Assembly: GCA_026705445.1 (NCBI GenBank)
Contig: JAPPAR010000001.1
Span: 8,030 to 72,029, forward strand
Direction: 5' to 3'
Length of the DNA stretch: 64,000 bases
Source: Candidatus Dadabacteria bacterium
Lineage (GTDB): Bacteria; Desulfobacterota_D; UBA1144; Nemesobacterales; Nemesobacteraceae
Positions within the stretch are counted from its first letter, which is position 1. Every line of letters starts with the position of its first letter. Made by a program: the position numbers and the translations under genes. Of this stretch, positions 38,979-48,378 are shown piece after piece. Under the pieces are notes generated by a model that worked only from the letters and a program-made list of their open reading frames with translations, was not told the DNA's origin and searched no databases.

Positions 38979-40271
38979 TCACTCTCCCTGGGGAATCTCC
39001 CGAAGTGACGAGTAGACTGCCTGAAGGGTCTGGTCTACCTGCTTTTTCGTGTGCGCGGTCGAAAGGAATACGCTTTCGAACTGAGAGGGCGGGAACATGA
39101 CTCCGTTTTCAAGAAGATTTCTGAAGAATCTCGCGTATTTCGCGGTATCGCATCCGAGTGCTCCGGCGTAGTCCGTTACTCTCTGGTCGGTGAAAAACAC
39201 GGTGAACATGGAGCCGACAGAGTTTACGGTGGCGTCAATGCCAAGCTCTGCTATTATTTCCCTTATTCCAGATACCAGGGAGGCGGTCAGGCTCTCAAGG
39301 CGCCTGTAGGTTCTTGGGTTAAGTTCTTTTACTGTCGCAATTCCCGCCGCCATGGCGAGCGGATTTCCCGAGAGGGTGCCCGCATGGTACATGGGACCTT
39401 CAGGGGAAACCATTTGCATTATTTCTGCGCTGGCCCCGTACGCTCCTACCGGAAGCCCTCCTCCTATTATTTTCCCGAGACAGGTTATGTCCGGGACTAC
39501 GCCGAACAGTTCCTGTGCGCCTCCTCTTGCGAGACGAAACCCCGTTATGACCTCGTCGAAGATGAGAACCGCTCCGTGTTTTTTGCATGTAGAGCGCAAT
39601 TTCCTGAGGAAGCTTTTCTCGGGAGTTACCACTCCCATGTTTCCCGCCACGGGTTCGATTATCACTCCGGCAATCTTTTTGGGGTACTTCTCGAAAAGCC
39701 TTTTGACGGAATCTATGTTGTTATACCGAGCAAGCAGCGTTCTGTTCACAAACGATTTCGGGACCCCGGCACTGCTCGGATTCCCGAAAGTCGTGGCTCC
39801 CGAACCGGATTTCACGAGCAGAAAATCCGAGTGTCCGTGGTAGCATCCCTCGAACTTGATTATGTATTCCCTTCCGGTGACCGCTCTTGCAAGCCTTATG
39901 GCGCTCATGGTGGCCTCGGTTCCGGAATTGGTAAGGCGAACTTTCTCAATCGAGGGGAAGTGTCTTGTTATCAGCGTGGCAAGATCTGTTTCCAGTTCGC
40001 AAGGGGCACCGAAGCTCGTTCCTAGGGGAAGCCTTTCCCCGACGGCCTTTACCACCGAGGGATGCGAGTGTCCCAGGATCAGCGGACCCCATGAGGCCAC
40101 GTAGTCGATGAACCTGTTCCCGTCGGCGTCATATACGTAGGAACCTTCGGCCCTTGATACAAAGAGCGGCGAACCTCCCACGGCCGCAAAAGATCTCACG
40201 GGACTGTTTACCCCGCCCACAAGCACGTTTCTTGCCCTGCGAAAAAGCTTCTCTGAGTTGATGGTTTTCAT
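38979..40271 (-). CDS. hemL: Glutamate-1-semialdehyde 2,1-aminomutase
   Basis: 430 aa with class-III aminotransferase motifs (VGGVNSPVRSF, YVASWGPLILGH). Confidence 0.9.
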   Translation of the reverse strand: MKTINSEKLFRRARNVLVGGVNSPVRSFAAVGGSPLFVSRAEGSYVYDADGNRFIDYVASWGPLILGHSHPSVVKAVGERLPLGTSFGAPCELETDLATLITRHFPSIEKVRLTNSGTEATMSAIRLARAVTGREYIIKFEGCYHGHSDFLLVKSGSGATTFGNPSSAGVPKSFVNRTLLARYNNIDSVKRLFEKYPKKIAGVIIEPVAGNMGVVTPEKSFLRKLRSTCKKHGAVLIFDEVITGFRLARGGAQELFGVVPDITCLGKIIGGGLPVGAYGASAEIMQMVSPEGPMYHAGTLSGNPLAMAAGIATVKELNPRTYRRLESLTASLVSGIREIIAELGIDATVNSVGSMFTVFFTDQRVTDYAGALGCDTAKYARFFRNLLENGVMFPPSQFESVFLSTAHTKKQVDQTLQAVYSSLREIPQGE

Positions 40272-40305
40272 AAAAACGGTTCGGTGTCGACCACGGCCGG
40301 AGCTT

Positions 40306-41121
40306 TTATTCTCCCGGCGTAGACAAGGTCTTAAGGTGTTCTTTCGCCGTTGCGGCTTCGGGTGAGTCCGGGTATGCCTCGATCAGGGATTCGAAAAAGA
40401 GACTCGCCTCGTTCGGTTTCCCTATTTTCAAGAGTGCGATTCCCTGATTGAGTTGGCAAAGCGGGATTTTGGGGCTGGCGGGCCAGGTTTCGATTATGTT
40501 CTGGTATTCGAGGATGGCCTCCTCGTAGAATTTTTCCTTGAAGTAGGAATCCGCGATGAGGAACATCGCATCTGCAGCCTCATCGCTTCTGGGGGCGGCG
40601 GCAAGGTACTCTCGAAGCAACGCCCTTGCGGCCTCATAGTTACCGTCGGCAAACTTTTTTAGGCCCAGTTCGTAGTTCTCCTTGGGGTCTTTTTCCGCGG
40701 GGGATAGCTCAGTTGCGGGTTCCACGCCCGGACTTTCAGAAGCTTGCTCAGAAGGCGCGGCGGAAGGTGACTGCGGTTGCGGAACCGGGGCCTGAGATTT
40801 GGCCTCTGCCTCTGCCGACAGCCCGGTTTCTATTTTTTTGAACCGTTCTTCGCTCTGAGCATGCATTTTGCCTATTATCTGCTCGAGTTCCAGAAGCTTG
40901 TTTTCGAATTCGAAAATCTTTTCGTTAAGATTAAGGATATTGTCTTCTTTTTTAACTTCTGCCTTCAGCCAGTCGATATCCTTCTGCATCTTCTTGATGT
41001 TCGTTTCAGCTTCCCTTTGCCTCGAGTAAAGAAAATCCAGGTCTCCTTCCGATGCTACGCAACCGTACATGAACACGGAAGAAAACAATACTGCGGCGAC
41101 GGCCAGATATTTTTTTCTCAT
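40306..41121 (-). CDS. Tol-Pal-associated coiled-coil/TPR protein (CpoB/YbgF-like)
   Basis: Signal peptide, N-terminal coiled coil and C-terminal TPR repeats. It is directly downstream of pal. Confidence 0.55.
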   Translation of the reverse strand: MRKKYLAVAAVLFSSVFMYGCVASEGDLDFLYSRQREAETNIKKMQKDIDWLKAEVKKEDNILNLNEKIFEFENKLLELEQIIGKMHAQSEERFKKIETGLSAEAEAKSQAPVPQPQSPSAAPSEQASESPGVEPATELSPAEKDPKENYELGLKKFADGNYEAARALLREYLAAAPRSDEAADAMFLIADSYFKEKFYEEAILEYQNIIETWPASPKIPLCQLNQGIALLKIGKPNEASLFFESLIEAYPDSPEAATAKEHLKTLSTPGE

Positions 41122-41888
41122 TAGTTTTCTGGGGAATTATTGTCAGAGAGGGCCATGAAGTGTCCTCGCCTGTTACGGCTGTACGCCTCATCCGATGTTC
41201 CCTCTTGCCATATTTCCGTTTCTCCCTTGCTGATGGAGTGCAGCATGTCGGGAGACACACCCTTTCCGATCATGTATTTTTTGATCTCATCTGCTCTTTT
41301 CTTTCCAAGGGAGAGGTTGTATTCCTCGGTCCCGCGGATGTCGCAGAAACCGAAGAGGAGAATGAATTTGATTTTGTCTTTGTTTCTTTCGAAGATGCTT
41401 ATGTTGCCGTCAATTGCCTCCATTGCCTCTTTCGATATCTCCGCGCTGTCGAATTCGAAGAACACGTCCGAGGTGGGAAGGTTTATCAGGTTTTCCTTGG
41501 AGAAGGCGTCGCTGAGCAGGGATTTCCGTATTTCTTGGGCCTCTTCGTCAAAGCCCTCCATGAAGGCGCCTTCCCTGGCGGCGCCGATTGCCTGCGTGGC
41601 CTTCAGTTCCGCTTGAGAGAGGATCTTCTCGGCTTCCTCAAGCTCCCCTTCGCTTATAAGCTCTTGGGCCATCTCGAAAAGCTTTTGTGCCTCTTCATAC
41701 TCCCAGGTGTCTTCGGCACCCTCCGCTCGGGCTTCCTCAAGCATCTCCGATACCGCCATGACCCTGTCCTGAGTACCCGTCTCTTCAGCCGAGGGAGGAG
41801 TGGTGGGAACTCTCTTCGAGCACCCCGAGATGTGCAGGACACCAACGACCAGAAAAAGAAAAGCGACCGCCGGAATTATTTTTCTCAT
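41121..41888 (-). CDS. pal: Peptidoglycan-associated lipoprotein (OmpA-family domain)
   Basis: Lipobox LHISGC after the signal peptide starting at MRKIIPAVAF. C-terminal OmpA-like domain (NLSLGKKRADEIKKYM). Confidence 0.75.
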   Translation of the reverse strand: MRKIIPAVAFLFLVVGVLHISGCSKRVPTTPPSAEETGTQDRVMAVSEMLEEARAEGAEDTWEYEEAQKLFEMAQELISEGELEEAEKILSQAELKATQAIGAAREGAFMEGFDEEAQEIRKSLLSDAFSKENLINLPTSDVFFEFDSAEISKEAMEAIDGNISIFERNKDKIKFILLFGFCDIRGTEEYNLSLGKKRADEIKKYMIGKGVSPDMLHSISKGETEIWQEGTSDEAYSRNRRGHFMALSDNNSPEN

Positions 41889-42030
41889 AGTTAGGATTTC
41901 AGTCCGTTTAAAAGGCGTTGCCGCGTTGTAGCGGGTAAACTTAGAAGACAGGGTTACTATAGCACACGGGGGATGTTTTTTCAATTTTCCCGCGGCATTT
42001 TCTGCCGGGGATAAAAAAAGGAGTTTTTCA

Positions 42031-42606
42031 GTGAATGACGGGCCTTCAGTTTGCGGGGTTTTCTGGCATAACTGCCCTGTGGTGATCATAACCAGCAGGC
42101 GGGAGGATGAGATAAACGGCCAGGTAGCGACGACGCTTGTCACCTCCTCCATAGTTCACACCGTGCCCAGGCTTCTTATGGGGATATGGAAGAGAAATCA
42201 CACCCACGGGTTCATAATGGAAAGTAAAAATCTCGTGGTTCATCTTCTCAAAAGGGATCAGATCGCTCTTGTCCGGAACTTCGGCTTTTATTCGGGCAGG
42301 GACAAAAAAAAGTTTATCGGCCTAGACCATTTCGAGGGCAGAAACGGCTGTCCCGTCTTAAAGGGAATACATTCCTATGTGGAGTGCTCGGTGCTCAACG
42401 CCATGGACGGCGGAGACATGACCGCTTTTCTGGTAAGCGTGGACTACGGGGAGATAATGAGGGGAGGGGAGTGGATGACGCTTGCGGACTTCTACTCTCT
42501 GGCTCCCGAGCAGTGGGTGATTGAGTACGGCCAGAAGCTCATGGAGTCGGTGAGTTTCTCCATGCCGATAATACACAAGATAAGCCATGAGCCGTTTCAG
42601 CCGTGA
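42031..42606 (+). CDS. Flavin reductase-like (FMN-binding split barrel) protein
   Basis: 191 aa. The VVIITSRREDEINGQVATTLVTS pattern is typical of the flavin_reduct domain. The apparent start is GTG. Confidence 0.6.
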   Translation: MNDGPSVCGVFWHNCPVVIITSRREDEINGQVATTLVTSSIVHTVPRLLMGIWKRNHTHGFIMESKNLVVHLLKRDQIALVRNFGFYSGRDKKKFIGLDHFEGRNGCPVLKGIHSYVECSVLNAMDGGDMTAFLVSVDYGEIMRGGEWMTLADFYSLAPEQWVIEYGQKLMESVSFSMPIIHKISHEPFQP

Positions 42607-42626
42607 GCCGGCGCCGTTTCGGACCT

Positions 42627-43025
42627 TCAGCGTATTATTATGGTTGCGGAAGCCGAGTTTCTATCCGCGTATTTCTTAAGCCTGCTTCGAAGTTTTTTCT
42701 TGAACCAGTCCCTGGTAAAGGGAATAAGAAGGGAGAAGCCAAGAAGATCGGTAAGCAGCCCGGGTGTGAGAAGCACAACCCCTCCCACGAGCACGAGAAG
42801 ACCGTTTATGAGGCTTTCGGTGGGCGGCCTGCCCTCGGTGACCTCCGCTCTTATCGCGCTTATAACCTGTGTTCCCTGGCTTCTGGCAAGCGCCGCTCCC
42901 AGCACCCCCGTCGCTATGACTGTGAATATGGTCGGCCAGAGTCCTATTATGTTCCCGAGCTTTATGAGCAGGGCGAGCTCAATGAGCGGAACCATGGTGA
43001 ACAGAATTAGGAGTCTTGCGAACAT
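42627..43025 (-). CDS. fxsA: FxsA family membrane protein
   Basis: MFARLLILFTMVPLIELALLIKLGNIIGLWPT matches the FxsA N-terminus. The internal ATG at 43025 is chosen. Confidence 0.6.
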   Translation of the reverse strand: MFARLLILFTMVPLIELALLIKLGNIIGLWPTIFTVIATGVLGAALARSQGTQVISAIRAEVTEGRPPTESLINGLLVLVGGVVLLTPGLLTDLLGFSLLIPFTRDWFKKKLRSRLKKYADRNSASATIIIR

Positions 43026-43095
43026 CTGAAGTTGTTTAGAGATAAATCCCGGTTGTCTGTACGGTATAATAATATATCTGGAGGAAAATGCCGAA

Positions 43096-43842
43096 TTGCC
43101 GATGGGAAAGCCGCCTTCGCAAAGAAAAGTTTTCATATCTTTTCTGGTTGTTTTGTGTCTGGGAGTGGGGGGATGCCGGCTCTTCAGGTTCCTCGATGTA
43201 AAAGGCCAGCTCGGGGATTTCAGCGAGAATTTCAACGTGAGTGACCACGACGGTCTAAGCCTTACCTTCAAAAACCCCGTACTGCTCGCAGGAGACATCG
43301 AGTGGCTCATGGTCTACTCGCCGCCCGTAGAAACCCGCATTGCCGCAGACACCGAGCTTTGGACCTATCACTTGGTGAAGAAGTACCCGGGCAGGAAGAG
43401 CGAAAGCGGGAATTTCGATCTGGCCATGGGAATGAAGCTTTGTCAGGGAAAGCTCTGCGAGATTATCTTTCCCGAGCGCTTCACCAAGTATATAACCAAG
43501 GAAGTTCTCGGGAAGGTGATGGGCTCGGTGGGCGCCGCCGAGGTGAAAAAGCTTGATAAGACAAGCACCGCGGCCGTGAGGTCCCTTGAATCCAAGGAAA
43601 TCCCTAATTCCTCAGAAGTGATAGAGATTCTCGGCCGCCCGTACGCGAATCTAAACGAGGAAGGCGGCAGGGTTATCGTCTACAAGTACAGGCTTCGGGA
43701 GAGGACCCCTGAGGGGAAATACATCGTGTTCAGGCTTATTCTCAGCTTCGATGAAAAAACTGACAAGCTAAAAAAACTGGTGCTTCCGCTCAGAAGCGTG
43801 AGGCTTACGATGAATTTCGAGCCGGACGTGGCGCGAAAATGA
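43096..43842 (+). CDS. Putative lipoprotein, function unknown
   Basis: Signal peptide with an LGVGGC lipobox. 248 aa, followed by ispE with a 4-nt overlap. Confidence 0.4.
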   Translation: MPMGKPPSQRKVFISFLVVLCLGVGGCRLFRFLDVKGQLGDFSENFNVSDHDGLSLTFKNPVLLAGDIEWLMVYSPPVETRIAADTELWTYHLVKKYPGRKSESGNFDLAMGMKLCQGKLCEIIFPERFTKYITKEVLGKVMGSVGAAEVKKLDKTSTAAVRSLESKEIPNSSEVIEILGRPYANLNEEGGRVIVYKYRLRERTPEGKYIVFRLILSFDEKTDKLKKLVLPLRSVRLTMNFEPDVARK

Positions 43843-44705
43843 GTTCTGTCAAGCTTCTTTCCCCCGCCAAGGTGAACCTGTTTCTCAGAGTTCTTGGAAA
43901 ACGCCCCGACGGCTACCATGAACTTCAGTCCATAGCGCAGCCCGTAAGTCTCTTTGACGAGATAAGCCTTTCGGTGGAGCCGGGCGAGGGGTCAAGTCTT
44001 TCGTGCTCGGGAAGAGAAATGCCATCCGGAAACGACAATCTTGCCGTGGCCGCCTGTCATCTTTATCTCGGGGAAGCCGGAGTTCGGAAAAAGGTTTCCA
44101 TAGGAATAAAAAAGAATATCCCCATCGGCGCCGGCCTCGGCGGAGGAAGCTCAAACGCCGCTGCGGTCCTTGTGGGTCTCAACAGGGTTCTCGGGAAATT
44201 CACCGACCGGGACCTGCTCCGGATGGCCGCGTCCCTCGGGGCCGATGTACCGTTCTTTGTAAGATCCACCTCTTCGTTTATCGAGGGAGTGGGGGAGAGG
44301 GTGGAAATGCTTTCTGATTTCCCCCTTTTTCACTATGTTATCCTTTTTCCCGGAAAAAGCCTCTCGACCCGGGAAGTCTACGAAAACTGGGAGCGCCCGG
44401 AGCCCCCGCCCGAGAAAGTCGACCCCGTTTCTCTTGCAGAGCGGTTCCGCGGAGTGGATTTTCCCCTAGAGAACGGCCTTGAGGCCGCGGTGTTTGCGGT
44501 ATTCCCCGAGATTCTCTCCCTAAAGGAGATTTTTCGATCGCTTGGGGCGCGCTTCGTGCTTGTCTCGGGAAGCGGGTCATCGGTTTTTTCCGTTTTCCCC
44601 CGCCGGCAGGAAGCGGAGGAAATCCACGAGTACCTGGGAACATCTTCTGAGTTTGACGTTTTTCTGGCGAGCGGGATAAGCGGCTGGCATTTTCTTGCGG
44701 ACTGA
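43839..44705 (+). CDS. ispE: 4-diphosphocytidyl-2-C-methyl-D-erythritol kinase
   Basis: GHMP-kinase motifs (PAKVNLFLRV, PIGAGLGGGSSNAAAVL). Confidence 0.9.
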   Translation: MSSVKLLSPAKVNLFLRVLGKRPDGYHELQSIAQPVSLFDEISLSVEPGEGSSLSCSGREMPSGNDNLAVAACHLYLGEAGVRKKVSIGIKKNIPIGAGLGGGSSNAAAVLVGLNRVLGKFTDRDLLRMAASLGADVPFFVRSTSSFIEGVGERVEMLSDFPLFHYVILFPGKSLSTREVYENWERPEPPPEKVDPVSLAERFRGVDFPLENGLEAAVFAVFPEILSLKEIFRSLGARFVLVSGSGSSVFSVFPRRQEAEEIHEYLGTSSEFDVFLASGISGWHFLAD

Positions 44706-44814
44706 ACCGGACAAGCCCGCCCGCGGGGATGAGCGGACTGGCCTCTGTTTCCAGTTCTCCGCGAGGCGTTCTGTTTCGCTTGACAGAGACATCGGATTGA
44801 CGCAAACGCGTTTT

Positions 44815-45353
44815 CCTATCAGTGGATAAGGACTGATTTTTTCTGGTTTTACGATACGGAGATTCCGGGCGCGACCGCGCCAACCTATACCTTGCAGGAA
44901 GCTGATGATGAAAAATGGATCAAGGTCAGAATCAGCTTCACCGATAACGCCGGCAACTCAGAAGTGGTTGAGAGCTTTGAAGTGGGGCCGGTCTATACAA
45001 ACAAGTCTGACGGAGGCCTTCGGCTAGTTTCTCTCACCGACACCAGCGCCGGCGATGAGGGTTTGCTCCAGATATTTGATGATACGTCCAAGCGATGGAG
45101 GGGCGTATGCGATGACAGTTGGGACAGAAAAGACGCCGATGTCGCGTGTCGCCAACTGGGTTACGCAGGAAGCGCGGAGGCGCTTACCGGGATAATATGG
45201 TTCGGGTATCCCCCGCTTCTTTTTATGCTTGACGAGGTGAATTGCGGCGGCACTGAAAACACGCTGCTTGAGTGTGAACACGCGGGACGGGGAGTGCACG
45301 ACTGTACCTCATGGGAGTACGCGGGCGTCAAATGCGCCACCAGCGGCAACTGA
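44815..45353 (+). pseudogene. Truncated, diverged duplicate of the 3' half of the downstream SRCR-protein gene, encoding a single SRCR domain with no signal peptide
   Basis: Nucleotides 44818-45353 parallel 46245-46810. The 153-aa protein is roughly 80% identical to the C-terminal part of the 45521..46819 product. Upstream, the frame is broken. Confidence 0.45.
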
Positions 45354-45437
45354 ATCCCCGCCGTTGGGAAACCGGACAATTCCGTTTGCCAAAAAGCGGT
45401 CAGCTTATTTGCTGTCTGCGCGGGCATTGTTTTGCTT

Positions 45438-45478
45438 GACAGAGACGCCGGGTCGAAACTATTATATAATAACGATAT
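45438..45478 (+). promoter_or_regulatory. Putative promoter of the SRCR-protein gene (gcTTGACAgagac ... ctattaTATAAT)
   Basis: Consensus TTGACA and TATAAT hexamers 45-80 bp upstream of the ORF. A gcTTGACAgagac copy also precedes the truncated duplicate, at about 44780. Confidence 0.4.
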
Positions 45479-45520
45479 CTCAGAAACAGGTGTATATACG
45501 GAGATTCAACGGAGGTTCAA

Positions 45521-46819
45521 GTGAAACGGTTCGGAACACTGAAAAGCAGCTTTTGGAAAAAACCGGAGGCGGTTGGCGGAAAAAGAGATGCCGGAACCAT
45601 GAATCTGCAACGCGTATCGATTATGGTTGCCGGGTTCGCGCTGGGGCTTTTGCTCATGGGCGGTCCCACGGATGTAAGAACGCAGGAAACATATGCCGAC
45701 GGGGATCTGAGGCTCGTGGATACGGATACGGGATCCGTGGTGGATCTCAGTACGGCTACCGCTCCTACGGGCAGGCTTGAAATATTCGATGCCGGGGCCA
45801 GGGACGGTGAAGAATGGAAGGGCATATGCGATGACGGACTCGGGACTCTGGGGTCTGGAGACAGTTACCGTGTGATCGGCAGACAGGAGGCCGAAGTCGC
45901 CTGTCGCCAGCTGGGTTTCTCCGGAGGTGAGCCTAGAGTAGGTCTTGCGTTGCCGAAAAAAGAAGGAGGAGACTTGGACCCGCAGGAGTACTATCTGCTT
46001 GACGAGCTTGAATGCTCGGGTTCTGAGGACAGGATTCTCGGTGAAGACAGGTGCAAGCATTGGCCGCGCGGGCATAACAACTGTTCCTACGGGGAGGCTT
46101 TCGGCGTTACCTGCGAGGCAGCAACCGCGAACAATGATGCCGTAGGCCAGATAGCGGTCAGGGGCACCGAGCCCAAGACCGGAGTGCTTCTGACTGCGGA
46201 CCATTCAAAAATCACTGACGCGGACGGGAAGCCTACGGACGCAAGCGCGTTTTCCTATCAGTGGATAAGGTCTGACATTGTCTGGAATGAAACGGAAATT
46301 TCGGGCGCGACAGCCTCCACCTATACCTTGCAGGAAGCTGATGAGGAAAACTGGATCAAGGTCAGAATCAGCTTCACCGATAATGCAGGCAACTCAGAAG
46401 TGGTGGAAAGCTTCGAAGTGGGACCGATCTATACGAACAAGCCTGACGGAAGTCTTCGGTTGATACCTTTTTCTACCCTAAATGACGATGGTACGCTATC
46501 TCCATCCGGTGAGGGGGAGGGTCTGCTGCAGATATTTAGCGGGGTGGACAAGCGATGGAAGGGTGTATGCGATGATTCCTGGGACAAAACAGACGCCGAT
46601 GTCGCGTGCCGCCAGCTGGGTTACGCAGGGAGCGATGAGGCGATTGACCAAATGATATGGCTTGGGTATCCCCCGCTTCTTTTCCTGCTTGACGAGGTGG
46701 ATTGCGCGGGCACTGAAAGCACGCTGCTTGAGTGTGGTCACGCGGGGCGGGGACGGCACGACTGCTCATCCTGGGAGTACGCGGGCGTCAAGTGCACCGT
46801 AAGCGGCGGCACCAACTGA
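45521..46819 (+). CDS. Secreted protein with two SRCR (scavenger receptor cysteine-rich) domains flanking an Ig-like domain
   Basis: Both domains match the SRCR consensus (W.G.CDD.W...A.V.CRQLG...LDE..C.G.E..L..C.H.G.G.H.C...E.AGV.C). A signal peptide begins at MNLQRVSIMVAGFALGLLLMG. Confidence 0.65.
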   Translation: MKRFGTLKSSFWKKPEAVGGKRDAGTMNLQRVSIMVAGFALGLLLMGGPTDVRTQETYADGDLRLVDTDTGSVVDLSTATAPTGRLEIFDAGARDGEEWKGICDDGLGTLGSGDSYRVIGRQEAEVACRQLGFSGGEPRVGLALPKKEGGDLDPQEYYLLDELECSGSEDRILGEDRCKHWPRGHNNCSYGEAFGVTCEAATANNDAVGQIAVRGTEPKTGVLLTADHSKITDADGKPTDASAFSYQWIRSDIVWNETEISGATASTYTLQEADEENWIKVRISFTDNAGNSEVVESFEVGPIYTNKPDGSLRLIPFSTLNDDGTLSPSGEGEGLLQIFSGVDKRWKGVCDDSWDKTDADVACRQLGYAGSDEAIDQMIWLGYPPLLFLLDEVDCAGTESTLLECGHAGRGRHDCSSWEYAGVKCTVSGGTN

Positions 46820-46878
46820 TCCCCAAAAGTTTCTTTTTTGCCGCGTCTGAAACTTCGCGGCCTTTTAGAGGAGTTGCG

Positions 46879-48219
46879 ATGAAGAACATAGGATTTCTGA
46901 TTTTTTTGTGCTGCGTTCTGGGGTTTCTGGGCGCCCTCCGCACGCTTCCGGCCGCCGCCCATGAAGGCGTACCGCACGTATTGAACGGTAAACAAACCGA
47001 ACTGACTAATACGGTTTCCGATGTGGATAGAGAGAGGAAGGTGACCCTTGAGGAGTTCGTGATGCACGCGGTCGCTCACCTGCAGGAGGCCGAAACCTTT
47101 TCCGAGACTCTTGAGATACTGAATGAATTCAGGAATAAGGAGGGAGACTGGAATGACGGCAGCATGTACCTGATCCTTCTTACGGGCAAGGGAGTTGACG
47201 GCAGCGGAGTTACAAGCGGAAGAGATGGGGGAAGCGGAACAGCCGCAAGCGGAGGAGGCGTCTACGTTCACGCTAAAAACAGAGAACTTGAGGATCAGGA
47301 CTGGTCACAGCTCAAAGATCGTAAGGGGATTAATGTAGGACAGATATTTCTCAGCGTCGGGAAAGATGGGGCAAGTATAGATTATGTTGGAGATAATGCA
47401 GATGATCCCCCCCCCCAAGCCTTTGCCTTTCCTTTTACCGCTCCCGCTATTCCGTTCAGCAATTCCCTCTCACCCGAGCAACAGGGTTTTGTTCTTGTCG
47501 GAGGTTTCGCTTACGAACCTGATGTCGTCGATCAGAAAAAATCCTACGAGGAGCTGGCCGGCTCCCTTCCCAACAGCGTTCACCCCACTAAAGAGGCTAG
47601 GGAGATAGGGGGCGAAGAGAGTGATGAGGAGAACGAGCGGGAGCTCAGGGAGTTTGTTGAAGAGGCCATCGTCTTTTTTACCGCGGCTCTTGCCAGCCCT
47701 GAAATTGACGCCGTGAGGCTTCGCACGCTTTTCAGGCTTGACGGCGGACCCTGGAGGCACGTTTCCACCTACATCTACATAATGGATGAAAACGGCAACG
47801 TGATCTTCAACGGGGCGAACAGAAACATTGAGCAGACAAACCTCTGGGATGATCCAGATGTCGGAGAGAATATCCGCGAACTCATTGCCGCGGCCAAGAC
47901 GCCTGAAGTTGACTTCGTCCGGTACAACTGGGAGAATCCCGCCGTTGTGGGCGACGGAGAGCAAAGCGGCGGCCCTGGAGGCAGTTCCCCTAAGCTCGGC
48001 TACACAAAAGTTGTTTCGCCCGACAAGGATGACCCTTCCGCCCCGGTCTATATTTTCGGTTCGGGACTTTATCTTGGGGAATCCGAAGAAGACGACGGCG
48101 GCTGCGCTCTTTCCGATACCGCGAATACGGTTCAAGGCGCTCTGTTGGGGCTGCTTCTGGCAAGCACCGCCGTTTTTTTCCTTGTCTTTCTCCGGCACGG
48201 ATGCCGGGCAGCCGAGTGA
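46879..48219 (+). CDS. Secreted Cache-like domain protein with a C-terminal hydrophobic tail
   Basis: Signal peptide at MKNIGFLIFLCCVLGFLGA. A Cache-like segment (TYIYIMDENGNVIFNG). The C-terminus reads GGCALSD...LLGLLLASTAVFFLVFLRH. The frame start at 46732 is upstream of the signal peptide, so the ATG at 46879 is preferred. Confidence 0.45.
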   Translation: MKNIGFLIFLCCVLGFLGALRTLPAAAHEGVPHVLNGKQTELTNTVSDVDRERKVTLEEFVMHAVAHLQEAETFSETLEILNEFRNKEGDWNDGSMYLILLTGKGVDGSGVTSGRDGGSGTAASGGGVYVHAKNRELEDQDWSQLKDRKGINVGQIFLSVGKDGASIDYVGDNADDPPPQAFAFPFTAPAIPFSNSLSPEQQGFVLVGGFAYEPDVVDQKKSYEELAGSLPNSVHPTKEAREIGGEESDEENERELREFVEEAIVFFTAALASPEIDAVRLRTLFRLDGGPWRHVSTYIYIMDENGNVIFNGANRNIEQTNLWDDPDVGENIRELIAAAKTPEVDFVRYNWENPAVVGDGEQSGGPGGSSPKLGYTKVVSPDKDDPSAPVYIFGSGLYLGESEEDDGGCALSDTANTVQGALLGLLLASTAVFFLVFLRHGCRAAE

Positions 48220-48378
48220 ACTGACCGGTCCGCGGTCCGATTGCGCCCGCCCCGTAAACTGCGCCCCCGCGCCTGACCCGCGTTGCGTTTGTCTGGCCGA
48301 TATTGTGCGTTTCCCGTTTCTCCAGTGGTTATTCTTTAACAGTCCTTCGGATATGGTAATATAAAAGTCTTTTTCAAC

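Noticed and set aside
39051-40025. 324-aa plus-strand ORF antisense to hemL
   Set aside because: hemL on the minus strand has complete class-III aminotransferase motifs. The plus-strand frame is Arg- and Gly-rich noise.
41889-42152. N-terminal 88-aa extension of the pal ORF
   Set aside because: The lipoprotein signal peptide and lipobox begin at the internal ATG (41888). The extension overlaps the convergent flavin-reductase gene.
45161-45427. Short minus-strand ORFs within the SRCR duplicate region
   Set aside because: They are antisense to the SRCR-domain frames, which carry strong domain signatures.
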